Assembly: GCA_013239625.1 (NCBI GenBank)
Contig: MU054323.1
Coordinates: 16,682,029 to 16,746,028 of the forward strand
DNA: 64,000 bases
Direction of reading: 5' to 3'
Source: Lama guanicoe
Lineage: Eukaryota
Made by a program: the position numbers and the translations under genes. Shown piece after piece: positions 48,171 through 61,876 of this stretch. The stretch's first letter is position 1. Each line of letters starts with the position of its first letter. The notes under the pieces are model-generated. The model had not been told where the DNA came from and did no database searches. It saw only the letters and a list, made by a program, of their open reading frames with translations.

Positions 48171-51100
48171 GTCCTAAATCACTTCCAGTTTGACGTAATC
48201 ATAGTCATTATTATTCCAAATATCACTATCATTTATTATTATTATCATCTGTGAGTCTCTTCTGTAATTCCAAAGGTTTTGCTAGCCAAGCAAATCTTAT
48301 TTAAAAATTCTTTTTAAAAAATACTTTGATTTGCCCAACTCACATGAAATAAGGAGGATTCTCACTGCCTTCCCTCGCCCCTACCCCCAACCCTGTAAGA
48401 TTTGATGTGGAGGGTCTATGTCAGTCTCATTCCCCATCAGATTATCAAATTTCCCCCAGAGCAACACCAGACTATTAAAAGTGGTCTTTAAATACAGACG
48501 CCATTTCAAGGCTGTTCCCTCAGCCAACAATGCCCCCTCCCTCTCTCTGCTGTGAAAATTCTCGTTCCCTTTCCCTCCCCTCCCAATTATGGAATGGATT
48601 GTTTTCCCCTCTGGATCCCTTGAGCAGTTTATTATTCCATTGACTTTATTCTCTCCAGTGTTATGTTTGGTCTCATATCCAATACATCTCTGCTCAGCTA
48701 GATCCTCAGGACCTGGAAAGCAGGGACGTGGTCACGTGCACAGCCCAGTCTCCCCGCTCTGCTTCTTCCCTCCCCCCGCCCAGCACCTGGTATACATTCA
48801 GTGTTCATAGAGGAATTAAATTGTTGAACCCTGTGGATTTCATCATAATGGGATAAGAATGCTCCTTGGGTTAGAAGTTCACAGCCAGGGCTGAGCAACA
48901 CAGATCCCCATCCCCCACGGAAGCCCAGTTAGACTGGGAATCAGAGAGAGGCTAAGGTTTGGGGTGATGCTTGGGGGTCCCAGGAGAAGGCTGGCTTTTT
49001 GGTGATAGGCAAAGTTGGTCGAGCCTCACTTGGTAAGAGGTGCCACATACTTCCCTCTCCTTAGCCAGGCTGAGAGCCAGCTGGGTGACCCTCCTGTCAG
49101 CATGTTTTGTAAATGGCACCCAACTCAGATTACTTGGCAGTTTTTCTGAAACCTTAAAAAAAAATTGCTATTCAGTTATATTTGCCCATTCTTCCTGCAT
49201 ATGGTAACTACGTTATAAACATCTCCATTTGCCCTCCTCTTTCTCCAAGGTGGATCCTTGAATGCATCTATGCCTTTGTTGCCGTTAGTGTAAAAGTCCT
49301 GTTTGGCAGCATCAAGTTCTGCATGGGTTTGTCTTTTCTTCCTGAATGTGAATTCCAATTTAAAGTAAATTCCTTGGTTTTTATTAGGTAGAGATTTTGC
49401 AGAAAACCTGATTCTTATTTTAAAACAAATGAGAGTTCGACAAGTTAGCCTAATTAAGAAGTTTGGGTGCAACGCTTTTAAACACAGTGGTGGAGAGATA
49501 CAGAGAGCTATGTTATTGGAAAGATTCAGCAAAGCTTCTATGATAAAAATGAACAAACAGAAAAACTTTGTCATGAAGAGCAGCCAAAAACCACCAAAAA
49601 CCACCAAAAACCAAGCAGTTCAGAGGACCTTTAATCATTGCCCTCCCGGGGATGATGGCGTCATGAAAGCTGCAAGTATTAAGTTTATTGAAAAGCTGAT
49701 CATCTTGGTAAAATATTCTAACTGTTGAAAGAATCAAGAGCTAAGATAACTGTGTCCTTGAAGGTGCCTGTTTTCCTTGAAGTATGAGAATTTTCTCACC
49801 TAAGATATTTGAAGAAGAATTTTTGTGGTTGTTGCATGTAGTCACCAGTCCCCAGTCACTAAGAGCCAGAGGAGGAGGAGAGGTCATTCATGGTGGCCAG
49901 GAGGACACTGGGTTGGAAAGTCAATGGAGAGTAGTTAGTGTCTTTTTCTTTAACAATTGGAATAAGCATGGCAAACAGTCTCAGAGAGTGAGTAGAGAGA
50001 GAAGGCTGAGACAAGTTAAATAAACACTTGAGAACTGAGCAGATAAAACCTGTTTGCTGCCACAAGTGCCATGGGGGAGCAGCATTCCTGAAAAGGAAGG
50101 GAAAGAAATGAAATCTCAGGTCCCAGAGGGGAGAGGCAGCTAAATGCCGACCTTTCCCCTCCCAGCCTGGCTGGAATGCCGGCTTGGAGAAAGAGGAAGG
50201 GTTGGGGGATTTTTAGTTTTAGTCTAGACGTCTCAGAAATGATCGTGAACATGACAAAGCCGACTTTCCAAGACAAGCCGGGGACTGAGGAAGGTGGTGG
50301 TGGGTGGCAGCTGGTAGGTGGGGGAAGACAGTGTCTCCAGGGTTTAGGTCAATAGATCGGAGCAGAGAAGTGAAAGTGCAACAAGAACAGCTTTGGGGAA
50401 GAGTCGTTTTCCTTTCTGAATCTGAGAAGGGAAATTTGGAGCCCAGGAGGGCATGGGGGAGGAGGGGAGAAGGGCCAGGAATGCTGGGAAGCTCTGCGAT
50501 GTCTGACCTTGTGACCTCCGCCAGTGATCTCTGCGATGATTGTGACATTGAGTGCACAGGCGTTGCTTCACCTGTGCTCTAAAAAGGCCATTAGTTAAGT
50601 GTCCATTTATCAACACTAGGCAAAACTGGCTTTGGTTGCACACAACAACTTGCAGTATCTGGAGGCTTTAAGGGTTTCTGGGACATAGGGGGAAGCAGGG
50701 CCTTCCCTGAGTCCCCAGGGCCCTGGAGACACTTCTTAGAACCTTTGCTTGGAGACCCTGAGGATCCTGAAATGGGAGAGAACGTTTGTAGAATATATTA
50801 TTACTATCATGCACCAACCACAGCCTCAATGCCCAACGAGCTTAAATCCCCTGGAATAATTAGCCTAGAAAATTGATGAGTCAAAATGGCCCCACAGCAG
50901 GCCCCGCAAGGTCGGAAGGGGAGGGAAAGATGAAACCAGAAAGCCAGTAGAATAAGTGTGTACATGCAAATAAGTACATGCAAAAACATTCCTCACCTGT
51001 GGTTGTTTGGGGAAGCAGTGATTTATGTGTCTACGTAGGACGTGTTTCAACATTTGGTCCAAATATGTGTTAAGAGATCTGAAAACAACTCTTTGACCAA

Positions 51101-51879
51101 CTCCCGCCATCTTGTTCTTATCCTGAAGGCAGTGTTACGTGGAGATCCAGTAGCTCTGAGAGGAGGGCCTTACATACACCAAGGATTTCCCAGTTTATCG
51201 CCACACACATGATGTAAACAGTCGCCTACAGGGCTGAGCTGGGTGACGTCCTTTCCACTTGGAATTATGAGTTAATTCCTGGCGGGGGTCTTGGATTTCA
51301 GACATTAGTCACAGCAAATTGCAGAGGAAAAGCAAGATGGTGTGATTCATGACCTAGAAAGAGCAGCAATAGCTTCTAATTTCCTCTTATCCTCTGTGTC
51401 ACGTGATGTATTTCAGAAACTCACTTAAAATTGAGAAAATAAGCCATTCCTAATTGTACCTAAGGAAATTGCTCATTTATGAATCTAAGAAGATTAAAAA
51501 ATCTTTCGTGTGTTTGTTTAGAATCTATGCCAATTTTTTTTCAGAGGCACAGACCTGGTTTTCCTTTTTCCTTAAAAAAAACTCTGATAAAGCTAAATGT
51601 TTAAGAAAAAAAAAAAAGAGGCCTTCGCATGCAGTGACCCACTAAACAATCTTGACAATTAACTCATCTCTGCTTTGAGTTTGAAACCCGTGATTTTTGC
51701 ACTTTATAGGGTGTACCTTTGAGATGAATTTTTTTTAATGAACACATCGTTGTATTATTGGAGTTTCATATGACTCAATAGAAAAAAAAATCATTTTCCA
51801 ACTAGTTGCTTAAATTCCCATGACACACAATTTCCTCAGGTTGACTCAAGAGAATTTTTAAAAATTAAATTTTAAGCAT

Positions 51880-52388
51880 ATTGCTTGAAACTCTTTAATG
51901 TGTTCCCAGTGAATTTACAATGCATGTCCATCCCTTTAGTGTGGCCCACCTCATCTGGACCCTTACTCCCTCTCTTCAGGCATGACTTGTCGCCCCTTTC
52001 AGTGCCTCAAATGTCAGAGTTCTTTCTTGCCTCAGAGTTTCTAGGCTTGCTGTTTTTTGGGGGGTTTTTTGTTTTTGTTTTTTCTGCCTGGGAAGTTCTT
52101 CCCTGGTCTTTGCCTGGCTGGCTTCATCAGATATGCCTCTCAGAGCATCATTCATTGACCCTCCTCTGTAGGGCCGTGCCCCATCCCCACTCCACTGCTC
52201 TCAGTCCTATCACTCTCTCTATGCTCCAGCTGGCATCCTTCACAATCTGCTTATCTTGTTTCTCGGTTATATCTGTTTTTGCCACTAGATTTTATGCCTC
52301 TCAAGAATAGAGACCTTGTCTTTTCTCAGTGCTTGGCACATAGTAGGTGTTCAACAAATATGTGTTGCCTGAGTAGATGAATGATACA
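51880..52388 (+). mobile_element. L2 3' portion
   Basis: TTCTGCCTGGGAAGTTCTTCCC...CAGTGCTTGGCACATAGTAGGTGTTCAACAAATATGTGTTG. Confidence 0.8.
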
Positions 52389-52439
52389 ACATTGATCTGT
52401 ATCTGTTTTTCTTCCGGGATTGTCTTTTTCAAGTTTTGG

Positions 52440-53440
52440 TATTGATTTTATGTGCCAGTTACTGAGAAGGAGAAGAGGGGATGGGCTTTGAGGGCCAAGG
52501 TCTGAGCCCTGGGGCACTCCAGTGTTCAGAGTTCCCATGGAGTGGGTGAGCCGGCAAACAAGTCTGAGCAGAAGCCTGTGAGTTGGAAGGGAAAGAGGGG
52601 GAAGTGTTTCAGGAAAGAGTGGCCGACTGTAGACGTGCTGCTGCCGCTGAGAATCAATGAAGATGAGGACCAGGATGTGTCCATTAGGTCTTGAAAGGAA
52701 TCAGGGATCTAGACAAGAACAGCGGGAGTGAGTGGTGGGGACTCACTGCAGGTGGGTGGAAGACGGGTGGGCCGTGAGGAATTGGAAGCAGAGAGTACGT
52801 CCAAGAAGTTTCGCCGGAAAGGAACCAGAGAGAATAGAGTGAAGGCTAGAGGGAACATGGGCTTAAGAGAGGGTTTTCGTTTGATTTTGTTATCTTTTAT
52901 TTGTTTGTATTTTTAAGATGGGAGGTGGCAGATTTTTTTTTAATGCTCTTGAGAATGAGCCAGGAGAGAGAAAGAAACAGATGATGATGATGATGTAGGA
53001 GAGAAAGGATATTGTAGGAGAGAAGTGCTTGAGTAGTTGGGCCAATGTGGTTCAAGTAAGTTGTTGATCATTGCAAGCCATGTGGACTCTGCTACGGTGA
53101 AGGAGGGAAACAGAAAACAGATGCCAGCACATTGTGTGTGTGCGGGGTGTGTATGTGTGTGTGTATTGATTTGGGGTGGACCGATAAGAGTGCTGCCCTC
53201 AATGGCTCCTATTGTTTTAGTTATAAAACCAGAACATCAGCTGGGCATGTGAGAGAAGAAAGGGATGTGGAAGGGTTAATGAGAAATGAAAATATTTGAA
53301 AGAATTATCGTGAAAAGTAGGAAAGCAAACCGTGGGGAGGACTAGTAAGATTGCAGCGCTGAGTGTCCATTTGAGTTTTATCATCGTGAATTTGAACTGA
53401 GCCAGCTGGATCTGGGGATTTTCCCAACACTTGCAATGGA
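52440..53440 (-). mobile_element. L2 internal remnant
   Basis: AGGGCCAAGGTCTGAGCCCTGGGGCACTCCA; the ORF peptide LNTGVPQGSDLGP is a degenerate RT motif (GVPQGSVLGP). Confidence 0.7.
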
Positions 53441-53449
53441 AATGTAAAT

Positions 53450-53775
53450 TGTTACCACTTTTCTGGAGGGCAGTGTCCTTTGACCCAGCCATTCTAGGAA
53501 TGCACGCTAAGGAGTGTTGGACATGTTTGAGGAGATGTATACACAAAGATGTCCAACAGAGGATTTATAATTGTTAGCAAATAATTGGAAAATATCTAAC
53601 TCTTCCACAATAGGAGTTTGGATAAATAATGAGGTGTCCACATAGTGGGATATTTTGTAGCTGTTAAAGATGGTAATTCTGTAGTCTTTGATAGATTCGT
53701 AGATAGATAACTGTGATAAGTTACTGAGTGAAGAGAAATGGTTTTCAAAGCAGTGCAAAGAGTAAAAAACCCTGT
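53450..53775 (+). mobile_element. L1ME 3' remnant
   Basis: CCTTTGACCCAGCCATTCTAGGAAT...ATACACAAAGATGT. Confidence 0.65.
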
Positions 53776-53789
53776 TCGCTGAAGCAGGT

Positions 53790-54017
53790 GATCTTACAGG
53801 GTATTCTGGAGCTGGGATGCCCCTTTGAAGTTGTCCAGAATCAAAACAAAGGCCCAGGAAGGGAATGAAACCTTGGATGGGCAGACCCCTTCCATAAAGG
53901 ACAATTTGCAGTGAGGGACTCCATTGTGGCCCTCAGCAGCCAACACTCCCCACAGCTGGGGGACCGAGCTCCTCTCTCCTGAGGGTGCGTGTGCGTGGCC
54001 AACCACAGCATCCTTAC
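53790..54017. mobile_element. MaLR (MLT1-type) LTR remnant
   Basis: TCTGGAGCTGGGATGCCCTTTGAAGTTGTCC...CCCCACAGCTGGGG...CCACAGCATCCTTACA. Confidence 0.6.
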
Positions 54018-56545
54018 AGGCCTGCAGTTCCTCGGCTGCAGCTACAGAGAGAACAGGATATCCTCCTCCGGCTGCTGTGAGGAGCTGGGATGAAAGGAAT
54101 GACATCCCTCTGTAAACCGTAAGGGACTCTCAGCGGTAAGGTGTGGTTACTCGTTATTATCTGTTATTCGTTCCCATCCTGCTTGCCTCACCTTCCCTGG
54201 GCTTAGACCATCACATTGTCTTTTTTTCCTTAGGTTTACTGATACAGAGAAAAAAATAAGAAGGAAAAAAATGGGTTAAAATCCTGAAAAGTCCCGTGTT
54301 TTTCTGCCCAGTGTATGTACAGGCCTCTGCGGATCCTGTCAGGAGTTTGGGCCTCCCCTACCCAGAGGTGGACCCCTCCGTGTCGGATAGGCTGCGTGGT
54401 CTGGGTCTGGGTCAGAAGAATGACCCCAGAGAGGCCTTGAGCCTTCCTTCCTCCCTCCCCCACTGAGACATGGGCCCACGGAATCCTTGGGGACTTAGAG
54501 CAGGGAAGGAAAGGAAAGCCACCTCAGGCAACAGCATTTCACAGCAGCAAGAGGAGGTTTGAGGAGGGAGTTGAAGCCCAGGTGAGAAACTGAGGCCTGG
54601 TTTACAGAGGTCACAAATACCTTCTCATGGAGAGTCAGACAAGGGAAAGCAGAGGAAACAGAATATCTTTTTACCTTTCCTAAGGAGATTTCCACCACCC
54701 TCCCTCCCGCCACGAAGCTAGTGAACCTCTCCTTAGAGAACGTGTGTGGTCACCGAGTGGAAGGGCTGAGCAAATTGCCTCCCTGCCCCCAGATGGTTTT
54801 AAATGGTAGCAGACAGGAGGCGGAGCACGCTAAGCATCCCGGCCGCGCTGCGCCTCTTCTGGCGCTGGTTCTGGAAGAGTGAGGGCGGCTTCACAGGCCC
54901 GGGGACTGCAAGTGAGCAGAGAGAGAGAGAGAAAGCAAAGGCAGTCACAGGAGAGAAGAAAATGGTGTCTCCTCCCAGAAACACTCAGCAGAAGGACAGG
55001 ACAGAAGCAGCCCTGCTCTGGGCCCCTCCGTGCTCAGTGAAGTAGTGGCGTCATGAAACTTAGAGGGCTACAGGCCCACGGAGAAATCTAACCAGGCTTA
55101 CTTGCGCCAAGGGTATGATCCAATGTGTTTATCCGGATTGTGGCTGCAGGATCTGGCTGGGTACCTGCAGACCTGGAACACGAGACCATCACTGAACACC
55201 GTTCATCGTACACCCTTAACCTGAAACAGGTTACCAGTCCATCATTACATTGAGTAGGATCCCAATTTGGAAAAGCAGCATAAAGAACTCTCAGTCTGCC
55301 AAGCGAAAAGACCGGAGTCCCAGATACAAAAAGTTAACTGTTTCTCTCAGTGGCGGGATTGTTCTCTTCTTTACACTTTTCTGTGTTTTCTGATTTTTTT
55401 TCCCTCCTACAATGATCATATGTTTCTCCTGTAATCTGAGAAATAAAACCCAAGGAGAGTTTGGTGAGATGAGCTGGTTCCGTGATTGTGAGCGCTTCTC
55501 ATGCGGCCATTCACATGCATACATGGAATGAATACGTGTGTGTGCACGTGTGTTCCAAAGCTCTGGGCTGCTCCTTCCATTTCAACTAGGATCCTTTTTG
55601 TCTCTGGTGAGTTCTCGAGTCCTGTGTAACCTCAGACCCACAATTCTGGAGAAACAATCTCCTACGTCTGCTACCAAAGTACCTTAGTACCTTCCACCAA
55701 GGTTTCTGGCAGGTGGCCACTCCCGGTTCCACTCCCTCGAATAAGGCCACCAGGGACTCTGCTTTTGGTCTCCACTGTCACTCTCTGGGGACAGGAAGAG
55801 ATGGTGGGAGAGCATGATGACTTGCTAACCCGCGGCTCTGCTCAAATGCCCTTTGGCAGGATTCACAGGTGGTATCACGTTCTGTAACATTCAGAGAGGA
55901 CACTTCCAGAGATCCTGACCCTAAAATGGATGAGCTCCAGGGATCTGAGAGAGGACAGACTCTGCCAGCCGATCGCCCTAGGGCTGCTGGCACGCAGCTG
56001 AGGGCGGAAACAGGGACTGACTGCTTGATCCTGCAGATTCAGGTTTCATCCTCACTTTCAGAGGTCTGGATTCTGACACTGCTTCCTTTCCTCAAAGGTT
56101 AGTGCCATCCCTATTCTCAAAGTGCTTTAAAAGGCTGTTTAAACAGAACCGTGTGCTTGGCCAAGGCTTGTATGTATGTTTGTTCTCCTGTGCCCTTTTC
56201 CTGTGTGTCCTGGTGGCGCTGCTCCCAGTCTATTGTTACTGTCTTTGTAAAAGCCCATAAATTCTGAGCTGCCAGGGCGTTGTCTTTGGGGGCTTAATGC
56301 TGAGCATCACCACATACCTGTAAATGATTAATAAGCAGTGTGTGGTTAATAAATAACATTCAGCTCTGATATTAATAACAGGTTTTTTTCAAGCAGGACA
56401 CAGCTGGTGACGATTTAGTGACACAGAGTCACCTTAGTTGTTTGTTTTTTTTTTTTTGAGCTTGGAGGATAGACTGAATACTGCCAGATGTCACCCTGCT
56501 AAAAAACCCAAAGTATCTGGGTCCTAAGAGAACCTGGAGGATGTG

Positions 56546-56549
56546 CACA

Positions 56550-56582
<33 letters not shown>
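56546..56582 (+). repeat. (CA)n microsatellite
   Basis: Read directly; one interruption. Confidence 0.95.
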
Positions 56583-56584
<2 letters not shown>

Positions 56585-58031
56585 CCAGAGATTCCTGCTC
56601 TTTTCAATGCCGTGTCTACTGTTACCTCCCGAGATCCTGTGGGTCCATCTCATGGATTATCACTCTTCACATGCCTAAAGCAAGCATATTTTCTGAACTA
56701 AAAACCAGTGTTCATTGGTTGGCCATGAGTCAGGAATTAAGGATGCTTTGGAAAAGTTGGGGGGAGTGGGTTTCCCAGTAGTGAGGCACAAGCAGCAGTC
56801 TCTACTGGCCGTGTTTGTTCAGCTGTATTGAATAACTTACTCAGTGCTGAGTACTTCCAGAGACTGGAGTCACAAAGACGACAACTCTCTGCCCTGGTGG
56901 AGCTTTGCTTGTCTGTGAGGGTGCCAAGTAGACGTTTGACCTCACTTACCTGTTGTCACAGCCAATGCGTCCCGCTGCCCCCACCCCCGCCTCAAGCCCT
57001 TCCCAGCACAGACATCTCTTCTTATTTCTTTTTCCCAGCTCTTGTCTCCATAGGGATTGGAGTTCTTGCTCTGCATTCTTTCCGCCAGAAAAGAAGGTCC
57101 TTTTGCTTGCTTTCTCCGGACCCTACTCTTAAGTTTGGTCCAACGGGAAACCTCTCTTGGCTTCGCTATTCACATAGGACCTTCCTCAAGTCAGGCCAAA
57201 CCTCCTTTTTCCATTTCTCATACTGGCTCTGTCCTCACTCATGGACTGGCTACTTCTTAAGAACCTCTTCTTCTAACTGTTTGCAGTGTGACAGTGGCTT
57301 TGCAACCGTCTTTGAAGTTTCTCCTCGTCATGAACTTCTTATTGTAACTAAAGATCTAGAAGTGTCTTTGTGTATATTAAACACACAATGTAGGGAGAGA
57401 AAGAGGTATAGGGACCATGTATCTAGTCCACTTTGTCCACAGCTGTCGACCTTACAAAAGACGGGTGTAGTGACAGGTGGGGGCAGGTCCTAGGCCAGTG
57501 TCGCTACCTCTTAGGTTTACTTTTTCTACTTGCAATTCAAAGCTCCTGCAGAATGACTGAGGTAGTAAATTACTTTCCTGCTCTGAAGACAAAAAGAGAC
57601 TCTTCTTTAGCAAGATCAGAGCATTCACAAATTTCTGCCCTCCTTCCCTTTCCCACCCCTGTGGAGTCCCATCCCACATCTCAAAGAGCGGCTGCTCTGC
57701 TGCAGGGAAGCAGGAAGAAATGCCTTCGTGCCTTCCCCTTTCTCTGTTGCCTTCTTCAGGATCAGCACCCCTTTTGTTCTCTTCCCACGTGCTTCCTCTT
57801 CCTTCTCTTAGGAGAGAATGTGACACTTGATGGGCATGTTGTCAGGCATCTGAGGTTCCAATTATAGCTCCATCACTATCGGTCTGTGTGAGCTGGGGAG
57901 CAGGACTGTAACCAATAAGAGACGACAGCTTTCATTGTGTGATTCATTTCTTCATATCAGTGTGTCATTCTGATTCCTTTCTATTTAACCAGATGTCTTG
58001 AAAGAAATTATAGTTTAATCATTTGAAGGAC

Positions 58032-58684
58032 TGTGAATAAAGGAATAACAAAACCCTTTCCCCTTTGGCCTGAGCATTTGGCTTTTGGGAAACTCCTTAG
58101 CTCTGTTTCCCTGGAGACCTGATAAAAGCAAGTAACAATGGCCCTGATTGGTAAGCTCTGTCCGGACTGGGACAACTATAAACACCAGGTTGAAAGCTAT
58201 ATCTTTGGGTTTCCCTAAGTGCGGTGACTCTTATAACTGGCATGACTGTGTGGGGACCACAGAAGCTATCTATGCCCATGGAGTTCCTCCAAAAGATATT
58301 AGCTGCTGTGGAGTGTGGGGCTTCCAATCCAGGGTGGTATCCATACCCTCCTGATGTGACTCTCACTTCCTCACACCTGAGTCATCCCCTGGGGCCAAGG
58401 AGGATAGCTTCTGGCCTCAGTGTGGATGGTTTGGTGGTCCCTGCAAGGTCCTGCAGAAGAGGGACACCAGCTGTGTCCTACTAGCACCCTCTGCGTCCTG
58501 ACCAGTGCTTCCCTCTGAATCAAATGGTGCCCTTGTGGCTCGGCAGTCTTGTGAATCCGTGTGCTTAGCAGAGCCTTAGAATAAGACCTCCCAGTGGGCA
58601 TTGCAGGTGAGGTTTTCGACTTTTAGTGGTTTGAACAAGAGCTCTTGCCTGCGATGCTGTCTGCCTGAGGCAACAGCCCAGTCA
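58032..58684. mobile_element. Candidate ERVL-type solo LTR
   Basis: ~650 bp TG...CA block with an ATTGG box (58147) and TATAAA (58177) at promoter-like spacing. Family not identified. Confidence 0.35.
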
Positions 58685-58884
58685 TATGGGTGAGGGGGAT
58701 CAAAAGGTACAAACTTCCGTTGTAAAATAAGTAAGTCACAGTTTCAGTTTTGCAAGATGAAAAGAATCCTGGAGGTTGGTTGCACAACAATGTGAATGTA
58801 TTTAAAACTCCTGAACTGTACATTTGAAAATGGTTAAGACGGTAAACTTTATGTTAAGTGTCTTCTACCACAATTGAAAAAAAA
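58685..58884 (+). mobile_element. L1MA/MB 3' end
   Basis: GGTTGCACAACAATGTGAATGTA...CTGAACTGTACA..TGAAAATGGTTAAGA...ACCACAATTGAAAAAAAA. Confidence 0.88.
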
Positions 58885-59624
58885 TGGATGGGTTCTTCTA
58901 AATGCCAAACTTAAATCATGTTTTCAGTGGCTGGGCTAATGCTAAATGTTTCCAACTTTTATTATAAGTAGTATAGATAGATTTTTGTGTCACGTTTCCA
59001 ATTCTGTCTTCCAGTTCTGCTTAAAAATCATCTATACTTAATTTCTTATTGTTTAACCAGTTGACAATTTCAGCCACCAGCTACCGCAGGTTTCCGTGTT
59101 AGTGGTGACCACGCCCTTTACTAACCTGAGAACACCATCTAGGGGTCAATTGTGGACTACAGGCTACACCCAAGGAAGGAGGGGGACCTCTCCCCCAGGC
59201 CTTTCACTTCCTGAAAGGCCATCTGGAAAGGGAGGCAGTTCAAAGCGCCACCCTTTTCCTAGGTGGAAACTATTCTTCCAGTCAGTCTAGTTTCCAAGAC
59301 CTTGTAGCTATGAAAAGAAAGCTCTCCCAGTATTTATAGTACTTGAGGTTAGAATAAATAATCTTTTTATGGGATAGAGCACTAATGTCTTGCTAATAAA
59401 AGCTTCAACTCCTAATCCTTTGTTATTCTCTTAAAACGATATAACATCTCCAGTGCAATTAAGGCTAAAATATTCTTGCATAGACTCATGTACCCACTTA
59501 GGAATGTAATAGAGCAGTTTTTGAGAGTCATTGAATGATTTTGCTTTTGGTGAATCACAGGATCAGAGAACACTAAAACTCAAACAGCTTTGGAGACCAT
59601 CTGGTTTGGAGACCATCTACAGAC

Positions 59625-59796
59625 CAGTGGTTCTCAACCATTATAGGGTCCCAGACCTCCTTGGTACTCTGATTAAAAATTAGTAGACTTTAATCCCGTA
59701 AAATGTTATTTTATACAAACCTTGATTACCATTTTAAAGGGTTCATGGACGTTCAACCTTTCCCCACCAAAGTTCGAAATACATCGAGAACTCCTG
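59625..59796 (+). mobile_element. MER117-like hAT element inserted in a MIR
   Basis: CAGTGGTTCTCAACC ... GAGAACTCCTG ends; MIR-like text on both flanks. Confidence 0.6.
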
Positions 59797-60839
59797 CTTT
59801 AGTCCCACCCTGTAATTTGGAAATGAGGCTTCTGAGAAATACCACATGTGAAGAAGCAGCAGGAAATGTGGTCCCACACGCAGCGTGATGCTGCGCCAGA
59901 ACCAGCCCTGGTAAAACCCATTCCCGGAGTGCACGTATTCTCTATGGACAGTCAGGCTGAGTAAGAGGGCAGAGAACCACCTGGCAGAGGCTCCAGCTCT
60001 GGTGGGGGAACCTCGTCGGAATCAGCAGCCATGAAAAGCAAGAGTTGTCTTAGTGGCTGGAGAGGAAGAACACCATTAGCTGGCAATCCAGAGACAGTCA
60101 GAAGAGCGCGGACATGACCCGGGGGCCCAGTGGAGACGATGTGGTGAGGGGTTTGGCAACAGCATGGGCTGTGACTCAGGAGCACAGAGAAGTAATAGTC
60201 AAAGGAGCAGAAGAGGTATAGACCAAGAGAAGAGGCACCGCGGAGCTGCAGGGAGAAGTCTGGACTCTTTGTGAGATCCCTCCCCAGGGACTCATAGAAG
60301 ACGTCACTAGGGAGGACCAGAAGGCTGGACTTCCGATGTGGACAGGAGCACTGCTGTTTGGGTTTGTACTACACATGGGACGATTTGATTTGCCAGGAAA
60401 CAAAGGGTGTGAAGAACCAGTTATGGTACGTTTTTGCTTGAATTCCCTACTGAAATGTGGCAGGAGCCAAACTGACACTCCAGGTAAGTGTGTTGCAGCT
60501 GCCACCTGGGGAGCACCTATCTGCCATGGACTTTGAGGCAAATCACCATAAATCTTTCTGAACCTCAGCTTCCTTGTCTACAAAATGAGATTGGGAATCA
60601 CTGAGCACTAAGTTTCCTTCCAACGTGAAAAAAATCTCCTGATTCTATGACCAGATTGGAAGGCCAGGGTTGGGCCCTCTCAGCTCAGCAGATTGAAGTG
60701 AGTCATTTCTGAGCTGCTGGCCTAAGCACTATCCTCTTCAGTCAAATATTCCCTTGAGACGTAATTTTTTGGAAAATTGGGAAAGGGAGGATCCAAGAAG
60801 CTGGAAGGAAACTTGTAAGAGACTGAAAAACATGTCCTA

Positions 60840-61385
60840 TCATTAAGAAAGAGAATGAACAAGATGACAGTCAGAATCGGGGTTGTGATTTGGGTTGACT
60901 GATTCCAAGAGTTCACACCACTGGAACTGGATCTCATGGGAGGAGAGCAGGGCAGCCTTCAAGGTCAGCTAATGCAGGGGCTCCAGGCCCCCTTCCCTGG
61001 GATGCACAGCTTTGCTTCGTCTGTGTTCACTTCTCAGGCTGGCGGTAATGAGGCTCCTGCAGCAATATGGCCAAGCCTGACGCCTGCACATGACAATGTT
61101 CAGGGAGAGAGACTCTCCCTTCCTATGGCTCTCCTAAGGATAGGGAATTTTCCAGAAGCCCCAGCATACTTCCCCTTGAATGTCACGAAACTGAATTGGT
61201 TTGCATGCCTGTTCCTGAACCTGTCACTAGCACGGGTGATGAGATTACGCCCAGACAATGTTGGTTTCCCCAAAAGGTACAAGGCCTGCCGTGGGGAAGG
61301 GGGAAACTACCTGACACAAACCAAGGTCTGTGGGGATGAGGAAGAGTGGCTGCTCAGGAGACAACTCTCAGTGTCTCCCACGTGC
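60840..61385. mobile_element. MaLR (MLT1K-like) LTR remnant
   Basis: TTTCCAGAAGCCCCAGCATACTTCCCCTT..TGTCAC...CTGAATTGG...CCTGAACC.GTCACTAG. Confidence 0.6.
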
Positions 61386-61688
61386 TGTATTTCAAAAATC
61401 TTGCCACATGCTTTGCAGAATCATCTTTTGAAATATAATGGGATGTGCGTGACCATGTTCCCTATTTTATAGATGAAGTGATAAGCTCAAGGCCACACAG
61501 TTGGGTTATCGCTGGAAACAAAGACACTGCTCACCAGGAACCAAGGCTTCTCTATGTCCGCTCCAAAAGGTTTCAATTCCTGGCTTATCCTTGTACCCAG
61601 ATAGTCTTTTCCTAGGGATTATTATCAGACAATAATGAATGAAAAAATAGGAATAAAGAGTGAGAGACAAGAATGTTAATCATAGGGA

Positions 61689-61710
61689 TGTGTGTGTGTG
61701 TGTGTGTGTG
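61689..61710 (+). repeat. (TG)11 microsatellite
   Basis: Read directly from the sequence. Confidence 0.95.
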
Positions 61711-61876
61711 AAAAACTGGGAATGATCAGACAGCCCAATAACATGTGATTAGTTAGATCGATTTTGGTGCATAGATACAGTGGAATACCATGCAGCCATT
61801 ACCATTACATTGTAGGAGAAAAAGCAGTGGCCTGCAAAAATGTTCACAATATGTTGTTACATCAAAAAGCAAGCTC

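Noticed and set aside
56828..57493. 221-aa ORF
   Set aside because: Non-ATG start, no domain similarity, and it overlaps degraded L2-like sequence.
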